A stretch of DNA of 63,171 nt, counting the filler, from Craspedostauros australis (taxonomy: Eukaryota): NCBI GenBank assembly GCA_030167865.1. It is 12 parts of 12 records of this genome, joined end to end, with 100 filler letters (N's around TTAATTAATTAA, not from the genome) between each part and the next. Parts side by side here need not be neighbours in the genome. Positions count along the whole stretch, not along the records: positions 44,209 to 47,930 come from JALAGF010002756.1; positions 48,031 to 50,330 come from JALAGF010002757.1; positions 50,431 to 51,799 come from JALAGF010002758.1; positions 51,900 to 53,122 come from JALAGF010002759.1; positions 53,223 to 62,022 come from JALAGF010002761.1; 7 more parts are not named here. One strand, given 5' to 3'. Each line of letters starts with the position of its first letter. The first letter of the stretch is position 1. Position numbers and translations under genes: made by a program. Below the pieces are notes generated by a model. That model did not search any database. It was not told the origin of the DNA and saw nothing but the letters and a program-made list of their open reading frames with translations. This document shows, piece by piece, positions 44,209 to 56,827 of the stretch.

Positions 44209-47200
44209 TCCTCGTCTTGAACATCCTTTGTTGTGCCCAAACCAAATGAGGGCTGCGGGTATAGTCGTGAATGATGTTCCTCTGCTCATGATAAAGGAGC
44301 ACGAACGGAAGCCGGAAGACCACTCTGTGGTCTCATCCAACGACGACCTACACATCCCTCTACGATTGCAAGGCACTATATCCTACTTCCACATGAGAAA
44401 GCCAACACAACAAGAAGTCCAATCCGATCGTGACTGCATCCACATCATGATGACACAAGAGGCTACATGGGACCCATCCCAGTGGTCGTCAGGGGACGAC
44501 GAAGACGCCATCCGAGCGTCTCTTTCATCACAACGAACCATATCGTCCATCAACATCCATGGCACACACACGTCCAATCGAAAGGGGACTATCACACCCG
44601 ACGTCCTCGCACAACGCTGGCGCATTGGAACAGAAGCTGCATCACGCACGCTGGACGCAACCACACAATTGGCCATTCGCGACTTCCGACATTCATCGGG
44701 TACACGTCGTCTCAACCCATATGCCATGCAACTACGATACCGTCGACTCAACACCCAACTGTACGCCGACACCATGCACGCAAAGACCAAGTCGATTCGT
44801 GGCAACAAATGCGCCATGATCTACTGTACACCGTTTCACTGGGTCCGGGTGTACCCAATGGCGGAACGCAAGGAAGCACATCGCACACTCGACGAACTGT
44901 TTCGTGACCACGGCATCCCACACACCATCATTCCTGATAACGCCAAGGAGCTCGTCGCTGGCGAATTCCGTCGCAAACTACACAAAGCACAAGTTTCCAT
45001 CCGACCGATCGAAGCATACATCCACAATCAGAACAAAGCAGAAGCAACCATCCGTGAGCTTCGACGTCACTATCGGCGGCTGATGACCTCGACCGATACA
45101 CCAGAATACTTATGGGACTACTGCTTCGAGTACTGTGCCGAGATACGCAGTCACACTGCACTCGCCATCCATGATCTTCACGGCGAGACACCGGCCACCA
45201 TCTTGTCCGGTGACACTGCTGACATCTCTCACATTGCTGAATTCGGCTGGTTTGATTTCGTGTGGTACATCAATATCCAAGACGCATCTATGAATGTCAA
45301 GCAGCTTGGTCGATACCTTGGACCAAGTCGCTCTGTTGGTGATGCAATGTGCTCGTACATCCTCACTGCCAATGGCGTTGTTGTTTCCAAATCATCTGTT
45401 TTGCCTCTCTCTCACGACGACACACACAGCGACGTCATCGAACATAAATGCAATGCATTCATGGACACACTTCGATCTAAATGGAAGCAACGAATGGAAG
45501 GCATCACAATCGACGACGACGGCGACGACGTTGACGATACGGCAGCAGACATCGCCATTCTGCAGAACACCAAACCATTGGAACAAATCGTGGAACCAGA
45601 CGATGTTGACAGCGCGACCTTCGACAAATACATTGCAACCAAGGTCATTCTACCGACAGGGGACGAAATGCAACATGGAACAGTCAAACAACGCAAACGA
45701 GACACAGAAGGCAACCTCATCGGCCGCTCTCATCCAAACCCTATGCTTGACACCGCTCAATACGAAGTCGAATTCCTTGATGGACACCACGAGGTGTTCA
45801 GCGCCAATCAAATTGCGGAGAACATCTACGCGCGCATCGATGACGACGGATACATGACTGTGCTGATGGACGAAATCATCGATCACAAACGCTTGCCCTC
45901 TGTTTCTTCTCCTTCTCCTCATTCTAAATCCACAAAAGGTTGGAAGCTCTGCGTCCGATGGAAGGATGGGTCCACATCCTGGATTCACCTACGTGACGCA
46001 AAAGAAGCCGACCCAGTACGTGTTGCCGAATACGCTGCAGACAACAAGCTCATCAACGAACCCGCATTCAAGTGGTGGGTACCACACACCCTGCGCAAAC
46101 GACAACGCATTATTATGGCAACAAAGCGGCGACACGTCCGAAAGAACGAGATGTTTGGCGTGGAGCTCCCTACCTCAGTGCGTCATGCACTTGCGATCGA
46201 TGCAGCTACAGGCACGGATCTGTGGCGACAAGCTATTGCAAAAGAGATGAAAGCCGTTCGACCAGCCTTCGACATCAAGGAACTGGATACTCCCGATCCT
46301 GTGGGCTACCAATACATGGAATGCCACATGATATTCGCCGTCAAGGTGGACCTCACAAGAAAAGCGCGGCTTGTCGCTGGGGGACACATGACGGAAGCAC
46401 CTGCAACAATCACATACGCGAGTGTGGTGTCACGCGAAAGCGTACGCATCGCGTTCTTGATCGCCGCACTCAATGACCTGGACATTCTCGCCGCGGATGT
46501 TCAGAATGCATATCTCAATGCTCCATGTCGAGAACGCATATACACACGATGCGGTCCGGAGTTTGGATCCGATCAGGGGAAGATCGCAATCATTTGTCGG
46601 GCCCTGTACGGATTGAAGTCGAGTGGTGCAGCATGGAGAGCACACTTGGCAGAGACACTGCGCGATTCGTTGGGATTCACATCCTGTCGTGCTGACAGCG
46701 ACGTCTGGATGAAGCCTGCTGTTGCGAGCGATGGGTCAGAATATTACGAATACGTGCTCGTGTACACCGATGACATCCTGGCTGTATCCAAACAACCACG
46801 ACGCATCCTTGATGCGATTGACTCACACTTTTTCCTCAAACCGAGTTCCATTGGCCCGCCTACAACATATCTTGGATCGACCATCTCAAAATTTCACCTC
46901 ACTGCCGATCCGTCACGTCCCAAATGGAGCATGGGTTCACAAGAATACATCAAATCCGCTCTCAAGATCGTCACAAAGTATCTCACCGACCATAATCTGC
47001 GACTCAAGACAAAAGCACCCAGCGTCCTACCGAACAAGTACCGACCTGAATTGGACGGATCCCAACTGTGTGACACCGAGCAAACAACCTTTTACCAACA
47101 ACTGATTGGTATATTGCGTTGGACTGTTGAGCTCGGGCGCATTGACATTTGCTGCGAGACCTCGATGATGGCATCGTACTGTGTTGCGCCACGAATGGGT

Positions 47201-47842
47201 CACTTGCATGCTCTCTTTCACATGTTCGCATACCTCAAATCTCACGATCGTTCTCGCCTTGTTTTTGACGATGCATACATTGACAAACCGCCTGTGATGC
47301 AACCCAACTGGAACGATTTCTACCCTGATGCTCGTGAACAATTGCCTGCTGACATGCCATCGCCGCGCGGAAAGGAGGTTCAAATGACATGCTTTGTTGA
47401 TGCTGATCATGCAGGTGATTGCGTCACGCGACGCTCACGCACTGGTGTGCTTTTGTTCTTGAATACATCACCGATACTATGGTACAGCAAGAAACAGAAC
47501 AGCATTGAGACATCCACATTCGGCAGCGAGTTCACAGCACTCAAGGTTGCAACCGAGATCATCATCGGCATGAGATACAAGCTCCGCATGATGGGCATTC
47601 CGCTGGATGGCCCGGCGGACGTACGGGTCGACAATCAGAGTGTGGTATACAACTCCTCATTACCAGAATCACAGTTGCGGAAGAAAGCCAATGCCATCGC
47701 ATATCACTTCGTCCAAGAAAGCATCGCTGCGGGCATCTTGGTGGTCCAACATGAACCGTCAGAGACCAACCTATCCGACATGCTCACGAAACAACAACAA
47801 GGACCGAGACGAAAAGAACAAGCACAACGGGTCCTCTTCTGA
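44209..47842 (+). mobile_element. CoDi-type Ty1/copia pol (integrase, chromodomain-like module, RT, RNase H); intact frame, 5' truncated by the spacer
   Basis: Integrase YADTM, PDNAKE, NQNKAEATIRE; GWKLCVRWKDGSTSW module; RT RKARLVAGGH, DVQNAYL, ALYGLKSSG, YTDD; RNase H FVDADHAGD, ETSTFGSEF, DNQSV, NLSDMLTK. Copia domain order. Confidence 0.95.
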
Positions 47843-48030
47843 CCTCGGCGCTGCACAATAGTACCCATGGGTGGTCAGTCATGGGCTCTGCTCATGACTG
47901 GTGGGATGAGCGCCCTGTGGTGTCCACATGNNNNNNNNNNNNNNNNNNNNNNNNNNNNNNNNNNNNNNNNNNNNTTAATTAATTAANNNNNNNNNNNNNN
48001 NNNNNNNNNNNNNNNNNNNNNNNNNNNNNN

Positions 48031-48553
48031 GGTGGGGCGCTCATACCTCCAAAGGTGCACCTCCATGTGATGATGCCATCATGATGTTTTTCCGACACCC
48101 AAAAAAATCCCTTTTGTGTGCATCCCAGGCTGCAGCCTCTTCCAGACCGTATCTGCGCAGGATACTTCGCCATGGTCATATTGAGTTGATTCCTAACACA
48201 TCTTGAATGGGTGGCTTGGCGATCTGGGTGACTTGTCGATGGCACCCATCACCAGCGAAGTCACGTGATGTGTCCGCCGCCACCCGCCAAAAAACTCTTG
48301 CCCTCAACTTGTTTCTTGCGGAGGGCACCTTCCAGGCCACCCCCGACCCTCAAACTTCGTGTGCATCTTCACCGTATCCTCTTGGATACGTCTTGCCCAT
48401 CCATGGTCGTTGGAATGGCCTGTGCATTCCAGGCGGAGACCATATCCAACGAGCATATTTTTCTCCGAATCGTGTCCCTTGCGCGTGGGCCTGCCACGGC
48501 CCCAAATAAGCCAAGATGACATCCCCCTCTCGCTCATCCACCAATATTTCCAT
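48031..48553 (-). pseudogene. Degenerate ORF divergent from the Tc1/mariner-like transposase; family unknown
   Basis: MEILVDEREGDVILAYLGPW...RPWMGKTYPRGYGE continues in frame through isolated TGA stops to the contig edge. Confidence 0.25.
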
Positions 48554-49145
48554 GGCGGTTCCGCCTATGTGCTCAGATCTTGCACTGGACCGCTGGTTGT
48601 GGCAGTGCCGTCGATGCCGTTCGACGGCACTTGAGGAGTTTTGTTGTGTTTCTCCATTGTCGTGTTGTTGTGTTGTGTTTGGTGTTCTCAAACAGTTTTT
48701 GCTGTTGGGGGCCATGGAGATTAACCACAAATCTACCGAATGCGCCTAGCAATGGGAACACTTTGCGAGTCCCGAATTGCGAATCCATTCCACAACGCCA
48801 AAACTGTCCTCACAAAATGGACAACGGAAACATTGCGCATCTGGGACGACCTGCTGTTGATTCTCTGCTGCTTGTAGCCATTGCTTTTACAACAATGTAC
48901 AATGACTGTGACCCTCCACATCGGAGAGAGTGGACGATACGATGCACCTTGTGGCCATCCAATGTTGCCCATGCCCCCTGTGATGCGCTGCGCCGTGCTG
49001 TGCGTTGATGGCTGGTGATGCGATGCGCTGTCTCGTTGTCCTCGTGTGCCTGGTGTGCGTCGCGACGCGTCTTTCAACTCAACTGCAGCCTCCATCAACA
49101 CAATACACATCATCCTCCATTCACTGTGATCTTCAGCTCGCAAGC

Positions 49146-50330
49146 ATGATGCTCGCTGGTGACTGTGTGAAGGTGTCATCCCACACGGACTCACGTGGCA
49201 GGGTTCATGACCTCGGTGTGTGCCATGTCCAGTCGCTGATGAAGCTGACTGTTGAAGGTGCTATGATCAAACGTGATGGGCCTCTTGCACCAGGAGAGGT
49301 GAAGATGGTCATGGTGACCCCAGTGATGTCCAGAGGGCACATGTACATCGTTCGTGAGGACCTGTGCACACCACACAGCCTCGCTACCTTCGCGCGGACT
49401 CGCACTGCTGGAGGCCTTGCTAAACCTTCCCTCCTTTCTCCTCAGCATCGGTCTGTCGCTGCCATGCGTGTCAATAACAAGGCTAAGCCCACCACACCAT
49501 CCCCAACTACCACAGAATCGCAAGAAGCTAAAATCGCAGGTTTTCTCGAGGTCTCGCGGCGTCAGAAAGCAACAGCAATCATCCATCTCACGAAGCAGAT
49601 GAAGAAAGGCGCGAAAACAAAAGGATGGTTGCGAAAGGATGGAGGGCGTAGTATCGCTAAGCCTGGTAATCCTAGCAAATGCCTTGACAAAGAAGACAAT
49701 CGGAACTACACTGTTCTCTATTTCAATTTGGGTGGGATTCCAGCACATGCAGAGTTGATCGCCCATGCATGGGGTATCGACCGCACCACAGTAGGACGCA
49801 ACATTGTGAAATTCCAAACGGAGACACTCGAATGCAAGAAGCGAAGTGACGCAGGCAGCAGCATCTTTACCTGCCCCATCAAGCAACGACAGTACTTCAC
49901 GCAGCGTGCAGCCTTCGAGAAACAACTACGTCTTCGACATCCAGAGCAACAGTTGAACAAGGACGAAATCGCTTCTGCCTATGCCTCTGCTTCGCCTGAG
50001 GAGCTGGCATCCGCAAAAGCACTGGCTGATTTGTGGTTGGAGCGTGGTCCCTTCCTGCAATTTGAGCTCCAGGATGTGTTGCGACGGTGCAATGGCGCAA
50101 TCTCGTGGGACNNNNNNNNNTGGAAACTGGCAGGCAGCGGAAACCCGCAAATCGTTGGTCCGAAGTGTATTTGCAACTTTGTCATGGGATTGGAAGGCAG
50201 CGAGTACCGTTCTACAAGAATACTCCCTATGATCAATGGCACCACGACAGCAAAGCGCGACATCTGGGCCAAGGACTTCTGTGTGTTCTGGGAATCAGCG
50301 AAGCTGTTCGAGAATACGCAAGTTGTCCTT
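49146..50330 (+). mobile_element. IS630/Tc1-mariner-like transposase, N-terminal part (truncated before the DDE domain)
   Basis: HTH AELIAHAWGIDRTTVGR, linker KKRSDAG, second HTH region (LQDVLRRCNGAISW...PKCICNFV) and RILPMINGTTTAKRDIWAKDF helix. The contig ends where the first catalytic Asp would be expected. Confidence 0.55.
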
Positions 50331-50875
50331 NNNNNNNNNNNNNNNNNNNNNNNNNNNNNNNNNNNNNNNNNNNNTTAATTAATTAANNNNNNNNNNNNNN
50401 NNNNNNNNNNNNNNNNNNNNNNNNNNNNNNGTCTCCTGTGCAGTTGCGTAGCCATCGTCATCTCCTGATTCTGATGCTTCGTTCGTCACCCTCGTTGGGT
50501 ATTGGTACATTGTGTTCAGCTGCCAGCTCTGTCGTCGTGTTGCCTTGCAACCATGTTGTCGATCGCCTTCATCCTCTTCTGGATAGCATCGATTCTGTAT
50601 GCTGCAGCTTCTTCGTCCTGGGAGTTGTTGGTGGCCTCCTGCCATTCATCCTCCATTCATCTGAGGTTCCTCCCTTCCGGCTCTGTCATTGGATTCTTCA
50701 TCCAACATACCCGCGTTTCTCATTGCTCATGTATCGACGTATCTTGACTCACTGTATCTGGAGTCTGCCTTCCGTGGCTTTTGCTCTCATAGCTGTGTCA
50801 TATCCATATCCGAATCTCTCTCGTCGATTTCATTTTCATCGCACACCGATCTCATATCTGTGCTCGTGTTATCTT

Positions 50876-51799
50876 GCCGATCATTCGGCGTCCGGTTCCT
50901 TTTTATCATCTGCCATGCTCATGCTGTGGCTATATTACTGAACCGTACCATCATGGCCTCCCGCCATTCATTGCTCTTCTCGGAATCCATATGACTCCGT
51001 CATTCGTCAATTGTGGTTGGATCCAGCATCATTGCGTCATTTGCTTGCTCGGATCCCTCTTTGTTCTGTTGATAGTTCAATGCTTGGTTCGCAGTGATGA
51101 AGTCACCCAGGCTCATCCTCTCGTGAGTGGTGTCATTCATCATACCTGCAATATCTCTGTTGAATGTTGACCCATCAATATGATGGCTGGGTCCTCCTGT
51201 CGCCGGTAGTGTGGTAGTCGTCTCTTGAGTGGTCTCATACCCCTCATCATCCTTTTGATTCTGATTCTCCACTTGATCCAAGTTCTCGCTCCTCCTTTGG
51301 ATGGGTGTATTATTGTACCCCGCGAAAGCACTTAGCATCCTCGGCATGCGCGCAACAGGTTCTGCGATTGGGACCGTGTTTGGTTCGCCTTCGACCATAT
51401 TGTATCGTCCCATCTCATCGTCCCTTCCGGATTCATCGTCGTCGTCATCGTACGATTCATTGTCCCCTTGGGTAGGGAGCAAGTCATCTTGCCCACGAGC
51501 AGCGTCTTCTGTATCTATATCTTCTCCGGCTCTACTGCTCTGATCAGCGTCGTCGGTCTCCATGCTTCGGATGGTATCCGATCGTCGCTCCCAAGTCACT
51601 CTTCTATCTGGGGAACCGTCCCCTGATGTAGAGTCGTCATCTCCCAGGTCTATCAGTACTGACCTGTTGGCATTCTTAATACTCTCGAATCGCCCATATG
51701 ACTTATCCGCCCATGTCATGTCTCTCATGGTTAGGATTCTGGTCGTTGCCAGGTTCACTCGTGCGGTCCATACCGCTTGCTTGCAACTCATGTATCCAA
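50876..51799 (-). mobile_element. Degenerate copy of the copia family at 375-2998 (integrase C-terminus and IN-RT linker)
   Basis: NLATTRIL...NANRSVLIDL...TWERRSDTIRSME...PRMLSAFAGYNN is homologous to ~1400-2320, with frameshifts and stops. Confidence 0.85.
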
Positions 51800-52345
51800 N
51801 NNNNNNNNNNNNNNNNNNNNNNNNNNNNNNNNNNNNNNNNNNNTTAATTAATTAANNNNNNNNNNNNNNNNNNNNNNNNNNNNNNNNNNNNNNNNNNNNT
51901 TGCACCTTTGACAATCGCCATGATACTTCAATCATAAGATTCCTACCTTCTGTTCTGATTCCGAACCAGCTGTCAGTTCGAATCGCATGGACTTCTGAGT
52001 CAACGTCAGTCATCGTCGTTCTATGGATGTGCTGATTCCATATTCCATTGATGATGCTGTCGGAGTATCAGGTTGGTGTCATTTGAGGCTCAGTTGGCAA
52101 ACATACCAATCCAGTATCGATATCATAGGTTTCTGGATGAGTGGGCAGATCGAACATCTGATACTCTCAGATTTCCTGTCTCGCGTCTGTCCGACGTTGG
52201 GCACAAAAGTGGCTTGCATAATTTTGGTTCGTGATTCACACAACCGTTGATGGCCAATGATGCAAATGTCAATGCTGCTCAGCGCNCACGGGGTGAGAGA
52301 ACACTGGGTGAGCGATGCACATACACATATACATCCCAACAACGG

Positions 52346-52606
52346 GATCTAATTCTACTGATGCTGATATCCTGCAGTACTGAAACATATGCATTATGCT
52401 GCTCAGCGTCCCGAGCAGATGTGCATAGAAAATGTCAATCATATTCAATGTAGCACCTTGGCGAGTCCACACGCACTCCATGGAGGGCAGTCATGGAGTT
52501 GGAAGCTGCACACCCACTAGCAAGGCGCATCAACATGCCCTCAGGTGAACCTCATGTCACGACGCTGCTGAGCGCTGCTTGATGTCAGCATCAGTAGAAT
52601 TAGATC
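52346..52606. repeat. MITE-like element bounded by a 22-bp perfect inverted repeat
   Basis: GATCTAATTCTACTGATGCTGA (52346-52367) and its reverse complement at 52585-52606. No clear TSD. Confidence 0.6.
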
Positions 52607-53350
52607 TCTTCCAAATGGACCAAGGACTTCAAACTCCACGTCCATAGCCATTGAAGTCTACTTGGAGTGTTCAGCAGTCGCATGTCTCAAGACGGCCGAC
52701 CAAAGGCATGGATGTGTGGAATACTGCGCAAGGCAATGCCTACCGTAGAGATGCGTCCCAGGAAGTACTGCGTGACAACAGCATCTTGTGATTTGATTGC
52801 GTACAATGTGCAACAACTTCTAGATGGATCCAGTCACTCGCAAGCTGGTAGTATAACCATTGAAATGATCTCAATGTTCTGATCTTGTTTAGATGGAATA
52901 TGTTTATACTTTTCAATGAAGACTTGGTCAGAATAAAATCCACAACGCACAGAATTGGAGCAAACAGGTGAATGATGCACATATCTACAACTATAGTAGG
53001 CATTCATTCCTTTCATTAGATGATGTATGTTCATATGCACTGGTTAATGTTACCAGTATGACAAACACGTATGATGTGGCTTGTACTTTTCCTGTGTGAT
53101 ACAGGTGGTCTACATTTATATTNNNNNNNNNNNNNNNNNNNNNNNNNNNNNNNNNNNNNNNNNNNNTTAATTAATTAANNNNNNNNNNNNNNNNNNNNNN
53201 NNNNNNNNNNNNNNNNNNNNNNCACAACTGCAACGATTATTATAAATTTAAGACATGAGGCATGTCGTGAGTCGACCTGGCCAGCGAAAAAGGGTTTGAA
53301 AAAAAACGGCTTCTCGTAAAGCGTATTTGGGCTAGTCCGTTGAGTCGCAG

Positions 53351-53425
53351 TTTGTCTGTGGAGACAAATGGACCCCAATTTGCCTGTGGAGACAAATTGC
53401 ACCTCCAATTTGCCTGGGGAGACAA
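53351..53425. repeat. Three tandem ~28-bp units (TTTGCCTGTGGAGACAAA core), likely transposon subterminal repeats
   Basis: Direct repeats visible in the sequence, near the contig edge. Confidence 0.75.
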
Positions 53426-55401
53426 GCCACGTAGGCCAGTACCAGGCCGAAATCATTATGGATATTCGCCCTGTGGCCAAGAATGTTGGTGTGTCACGTC
53501 GCGTCGTAGCAACTCGCAACAAAACATGAAAATGTGAGGCGCCGCAACCCAAGATCCAAATAGCTGACCACGTCACATCGCTCAAAACATCCCATGTTCC
53601 TCTGCGCGCGTGGGAGGTCCCGCCGAACACGGCGCAATAATTAAAACTGTGGACGTCATGTCTCGTAGTCCCACGTCATTTATGGACAATGATTGAAGGA
53701 CAGAACGGAACAAAGAGAAATTGAAACGGGAAAAGGGATGGACTTTGCCAGAAAACAACAGCCAACCTCGACATCCTCTCGGCATGATCTCGCCACATCA
53801 TGCCAAACAGCCTGGTCTTTCACTCGGGGAGAGAGAGCATTACTCGTGCGATCACGCCCTCTCATTTCGATTGAGTCGCAGCACTCGAGTACGGTACCAT
53901 ACTCCGGGGTACACTTCACCAGTTCAAACAAAATGTGTGTCTGCTTCACTGGCTCACACTCTGAAATTCTGCCACTGAACGCGAGTGGATGTGGACGCTG
54001 CGATCGCACCAACAGCTGCTCACAAAATGGAATCGGCGATCAGGACCATTTCGAGCTACGAGTAGTCGTACACTTATGCTCCAAACAGAAGAGTATCCAA
54101 CTCACTTCCAGCGCAATGGCCTGCGCTGTCCGCCGACTTCTATTTTTATCTGATATCTGCTCTGCACGAGTGGAGAGACAGGCATCAAGCTCTCAGCGTT
54201 CCAGGATGCGCCTGGGGTATGGAGCACCAACCACCCATGTAACCTGCGTGCGTCTTGCTACATCATAGCTCGATCCGGTCAGAAATGGTGTTACGGAGAG
54301 AATCAAAAGGAGATTTCTTGCGTTTCGTGATATCGCTCGATAGCCAACTGGGGGCGCACTTGCTCGCCAAGTAAACACTATTTTAGGAGCATCGTTTCAG
54401 ACAGAGATCTCGTCGAAACTTTTCGAAAGCTGGTGCTCTCGTGCACTCGTTTCGGCTCTTGTTGCCAGCGATCGTCGCGGATGAGCGACTTCCATCTGTT
54501 GGAAGGCGAGAGACTTCAGCTTGAGATTGGGAGAAGGATCTGGGACTTGCGAGCAGCGTTGAACAAAACCAGCCGTGGAGTGGAACCGGAATGGTCTTGT
54601 GATCACGTGCCGTCAATGATCCCGTATGGAATACGAGGCTTGTGCAACCGTCTCATCAGCATCAGCATCAGCGCCATCGCGTGGGGATGAGTGAGTGGTC
54701 TTGGTGCTGCCACGGTACCGGCGCCGGCGCCGCCATCTCTATCAAATTGAGGAGTATCAGTATTAGAACGCTCGCCATTTGCTCCGCTTGACAGCGTCGG
54801 ACGCACGCCCATGGAACGCCACCACCAAGATCTGCCAACGGCAGAACAGCCTCATCAATTCAGCGATATCGATAATCGAGGGTGGACAAGCAATCACGTC
54901 ATGCGACCTGTGCATATCGCAACAGGAACATGCAGTTGAATCCACTGCGCACCATGCAGAAGCAGGCTAAGATGAAGATGTGGGGATGTGAAGATGTGAA
55001 AATGTGAGGGTGTGCAAGCGGTGTCGTGACAGTTTGCGACAAATCGGAGAGTCAGCCGACTCGATTGATCGCTGGGAGAAAACAGTCATTTCAAGATGAC
55101 TCAGTCATGGATACGCCAAGGAAGCTCATGATGCCGCGAAACCCAAACGGCGCCAACGCAGTTGCCCAACGGGATGCACAGGCAGAAACAGGAGAACACA
55201 AAAGATAGTAAGACGGGTCGACCATTGATGCAAGTGGACACAAGAGAGAGAGAGCGCAAGAGGCATCATCAACAACAGGTTCCATCTCAAAAGGTCGCCA
55301 AGTGCAGAGTCAGCGACACATCGACGAAGTCAGCCAAGGCAACCAAGGCAGTAGAGCACGCAAGCAAGCAGTAATTCTGCAAAACAAGAGCACGGACAAC
55401 A

Positions 55402-55725
55402 ATGAGTGACAAGAACGCAGAAATCGAGGCCGACCCCCGCAAGCTGGCGGAGGAAGACGCGCGCAAGAAGGCTGGCGAAGTGAAGCAGTGGCAGCAAGCG
55501 GAGGCTGGCAAGCGGGAGCAGGCTGAGGTGGACGCGCGTCACAAGCATTCGATGGAGACGGAACGCCGCGCAGCCGAGGCCGTGAAGAGAGACTACGCCG
55601 AGAAGGATGCCCGGCGGAAGGCCGACGACGAGGGTGCAAGACTTCAGACGGAAGAGGAGTCACGGAACCAAGCCAGCGCCGATGCTGTCGCCGAAGTTGA
55701 AGCGACGGTGATGAAGCAGGGATGA
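55402..55725 (+). CDS. Short charged coiled-coil protein (107 aa), hypothetical
   Basis: E/A/K/R-rich helical repeats (EEDARKKA, EKDARRKA). May be a fragment. Confidence 0.4.
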   Translation: MSDKNAEIEADPRKLAEEDARKKAGEVKQWQQAEAGKREQAEVDARHKHSMETERRAAEAVKRDYAEKDARRKADDEGARLQTEEESRNQASADAVAEVEATVMKQG

Positions 55726-56827
55726 TATGGTGATGTAATTGGGAGTGAGCCGGAGAACGAGAAAGGGAAATGAAGTCATGGAGGGATGGATGGAGGGAGG
55801 GAGGAAGGACGGAAGGATGGACGGGCGTATCCGAAAAATGACGCGATGAGAATGGCTTCGTTTCATGCCCGGGGTGTTTGCTCAGCGGGCGAGAACACAA
55901 GTGGTCTCTTTGATCTGCAATGGGCAACAGAGATTCCGTATCTTCGTGCCTGCGTTTGCGTGGGAGGTCGGTCTGGAGAGAGAGAGAGAGAGAGGCAGCA
56001 AAGGTTGGCCTTTATTTCGTTTCTTTTGAGACAGATGGGTACCTACTCGAACGCATCAACCACACGTGCAAGTTGGCAGTGAAGCTATGAACGACCATGC
56101 GAGTGCTTTCATCCAAGTTGAGACCAGCCAAACGAAATGCAATCCTCAGACAAGCATATGAGAGATCTTGGCGCGCAAATGTGTCGAGTAAAATGCTCGG
56201 AGTAGATGCTCTGCGAGAAGAAATCAAAGCGCCAACTCTCTGATGTTTCATCGACTCATCGATTTCATTGATTGTGTTCTATTGTACCATGAACATGCCT
56301 GTGCCGCTTTCGCAACACGCATTTGACCATCGTGATGCTGTATGCTGTGGTTTGTCGCAGACTCTCGTTTCTGTCTTGTCTCGCCACTCGCATGTGATCT
56401 CTAGATTGGTCCGATCTTCTCTACTTTCACGGCGGTTTGTGAGTCACGCAATGACGTGACTCACATCAACCATCAGAAGTTACGAACTCTCATCTCTTTT
56501 TGGTTGTGATGTGCGTACACTGACACCTTGCAGTGATGCCAACGTGATGTTGGTGCGCCAGCACACAGCAGAGAACATTGGAACATGGAAGGCACGACGC
56601 GCACAGCATGGCTGTCGCCATCACAACAACCCAGGCCCATTCATTTCATGAAGGACCATGGCACCTTGTGTTCATGTGTCTTGAAGTTTGGAACATTACA
56701 ACTCCTTCCTTGTGCAGAGAGGCAGGCACTGCGCTCTTCCGATCTAACCTCGGCACAACGACACACACCAGCAGAGGCGAAGGACAGAGGTCTGGGGTTC
56801 CAGAAACACCGCCAGTCTGAACACAGC

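Noticed and set aside
53351..53425. CRISPR-like repeats
   Set aside because: The intervening sequences are ~10 nt and similar to each other, there are no cas genes, and the context is eukaryotic.
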